From: Vicugna vicugna
Taxonomy: Eukaryota
Direction of reading: 5' to 3'
Assembly: GCA_013265495.1 (NCBI GenBank)
Contig: MU061542.1
Span: forward strand, 216,972-280,971
DNA length: 64,000 nt
In this document: positions 61,967-64,000 of the stretch, piece by piece
How the letters are laid out: the number at the start of each line of letters is the position of its first letter
How positions within the stretch are numbered: position 1 is the first letter of the stretch
Position numbers and translations under genes: made by a program
Notes under the pieces: model-generated
The model's database searches: none
Told to the model about the DNA's origin: nothing
Seen by the model: only the letters and a program-made list of their open reading frames with translations

Positions 61967-62659
61967 AAAAATCCATATTATACAGCATTCTGGAAAATAT
62001 AAAACCATAGAGATAGTAAAAAGAACAGCGGTTGGCAGGGACTTGTTGGGGAAGGGATGAAGGAATTAAAAGGTTCAGCACAGGAGATTTGTGGGGCAGT
62101 GAAATTATTCTGTGTGACAAATGTACAATGTACAATAAACTATTAAATATTGGTCAAAATCCATAGAATATATAACACAGAAAGTAAACCCTAATGCAAA
62201 CTATTAACTTTATTTAAAAATAATGAATCAATATATGTTTAGCAATTGTAACAAATGTACCAAACAAATACAAGGCACAAATAATAAGATGAAGTGTGTG
62301 TGGGAACAGAAGGAGTACATGGTAACTCTTTGTACTTTCCAATTTCTGTAAACCTTAAACTGGCCTAAAAACAGTCTATTAATTCTTTTTAAAAGATCAA
62401 GTAACAGTTCAGAGGAAAGTGAAAAAGCATATAACTCTATGTGAGGATTAGGTGAGAGTTTTCATCAAATTCTTAGCTCAGTACATGATAATTATAACTG
62501 TCAGGACTGGATTTTTGTGGTGGGAGTTATGGTGAATATGATAATGATGATAAGGAAAAAAGATCTCTAGATAAATGTGATTTAGTGCCAATTTACAAAG
62601 AAGCCCCCAAACTCAGAAGGATAAATAAATACTTCTGACAGTTAGAAATTGCATACAAC

Positions 62660-62810
62660 TATGTAGAAAATTTCTACCAAAATATGTTATTTGAAGTGAG
62701 ATTGGAAGGCTAAATAAATCTGACCAAATAAATCAGGAGATTTTCAGATAAGAAATGGCATTTGCAAAGCAATGGGTACGTCCTAAACAGTGGCAAATTT
62801 GGAAAACCGA
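62660..62810 (-). mobile_element. Probable degraded L2 fragment
   Basis: tgttatttgaagtgagattggaagg...ttttcagataagaaatggcatttgcaaagc resembles antisense L2. Confidence 0.4.
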
Positions 62811-62834
62811 CTAGTAAACTTGGCTTAATCACTG

Positions 62835-62865
<31 letters not shown>

Positions 62866-62868
62866 GAA
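62835..62868. repeat. A-rich (GAAAA)n simple repeat
   Basis: Seen directly. Confidence 0.9.
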
Positions 62869-64000
62869 TCAGCAAGCCAATAGTACTTTAAAGATAATCT
62901 ACAAATTATTACTTGATTTAGGCATTAAAAACCTTAAATGATGAGTATTGGAATTCTTTTATAATAATTAGCTGTTTGCTTTATGTATTGTATTAATGAG
63001 TTATTGCAGAAGATTTGTGGACTGCTTATCTAGTGTGTTGTGAGTTTATGAAAGTACATTATTTTAGATGTGATTTTGGAGTAGGAAATTTAGCATTAAT
63101 AGTGGCTAGATAAAATTACTCTAGAAATATTTAGCTATATGAGTAATTCAGGAAATTTTTACGGACTATTTGAACACAGAAAAAAAGAGAAATATTATGT
63201 TTTCCCCATTTTCTCCATCAAAAATTTTACGGAATGAGAATGAATGAGTTGAAGTTTTTATATTACTTAAGTTGATATTAATCTTAACTTTAAATATAAC
63301 CACTGAAGAGGCATGAGTGGACAGTTTTTGGATGGTTTAATGTAAAGATATGTGCCTGAGAAACGACTTCTGAGGTTTATATGACAAAAGCACTCTCCAT
63401 TTATGCATGTGCAATCAGAAATATTGAATAGCTTTTTTCCTGTATTATGTCAGATATTTCACTGTATTTTCTAGATCAGTAAGTCATGAAAACCTTTCTT
63501 AGCTACACTTTTGTAAAGACTCCCTGTAACATACAATTTCCTGATAAAAATCAATAAAAGAAATGCAAGTCAATGTTAGAAATCTGTTTTAAATCTGAAA
63601 TTTTTTTATAAATTTTTACTGTGTTGTTTAAAATGTGTTCTGTTTCTTATACTTTATTATTAAAATGCATTTGTTATTTATTTATTTTTGTTCATAATTT
63701 CTTTATTGTATTATCTTTTCCAAAGTAAAATGCTGTCAGCTTCCAAATTGTTGAGTTTTTGTTTTCTCTTTTTATTTTTAAACTAAATTCTATTAAGACC
63801 CTAATAGCAGTGATAAATGATTCAGAGATCATAAGGTGATTGATGGCTGCCTATAGGTCTGATAATGACACAGTCTGGAATGAAAATACAACTTATCTGG
63901 TGTGAAAAATATAGTTGTCCCTAAGGACACTAAAGTATCAACGTGTATTTGTAGAAAGTAGCTGCAGTGATTATGGTTCACAGTTACCACAGTTAAATTT

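Larger units (their letters stand above)
58845..62390 (+). mobile_element. Ancient L1MC-type 3' portion, interrupted at 59064-61035 and 61600-61966
   Basis: gaactctta.tactcaataagga...aaatgatttaaacag.gcttcaccaaagga, and the L1MC 3'UTR aatccatagaat...aaccctaatgcaaacta...ttgtaacaaatgtacca...gtctatt. Confidence 0.8.

Overview
This is AT-rich mammalian genomic DNA made up mostly of transposable-element remnants. The L1 and LTR types, and the lack of Alu, B1, Bov-tA, PRE-1 or Can-SINE copies, suggest a cetartiodactyl, probably a camelid (inference). More than half of the window is LINE-1 of several ages. Four elements keep both ends: 1096-8100 (+), 28072-34092 (-), 35880-50375 (-) and the youngest, 41721-48917 (+). 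There are also several truncated, deleted, inverted or nested L1 copies, ERV1/ERVL/MaLR LTRs, MIR and L2 relics, microsatellites and three N-gaps, all inside young L1s. No L1 ORF is intact, and nearly every ORF in the supplied track is an L1 fragment or a chance ORF. I found no recognisable host gene, RNA gene, CRISPR array or new biological system. The most notable items are: a TSD-flanked non-repeat insert that looks like a retrocopied mRNA 3' end (61600-61966); a candidate 66-nt host exon (9001-9066); deep nesting of elements (35617-54135); two twin-priming L1 inversions; an LTR fold-back inverted repeat (58369-58827); and an antisense ORF in the young L1 5'UTR at a position like primate ORF0. 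Repeat subfamily names come from my recall of consensus sequences, not from a database search. Boundaries of old elements are approximate.
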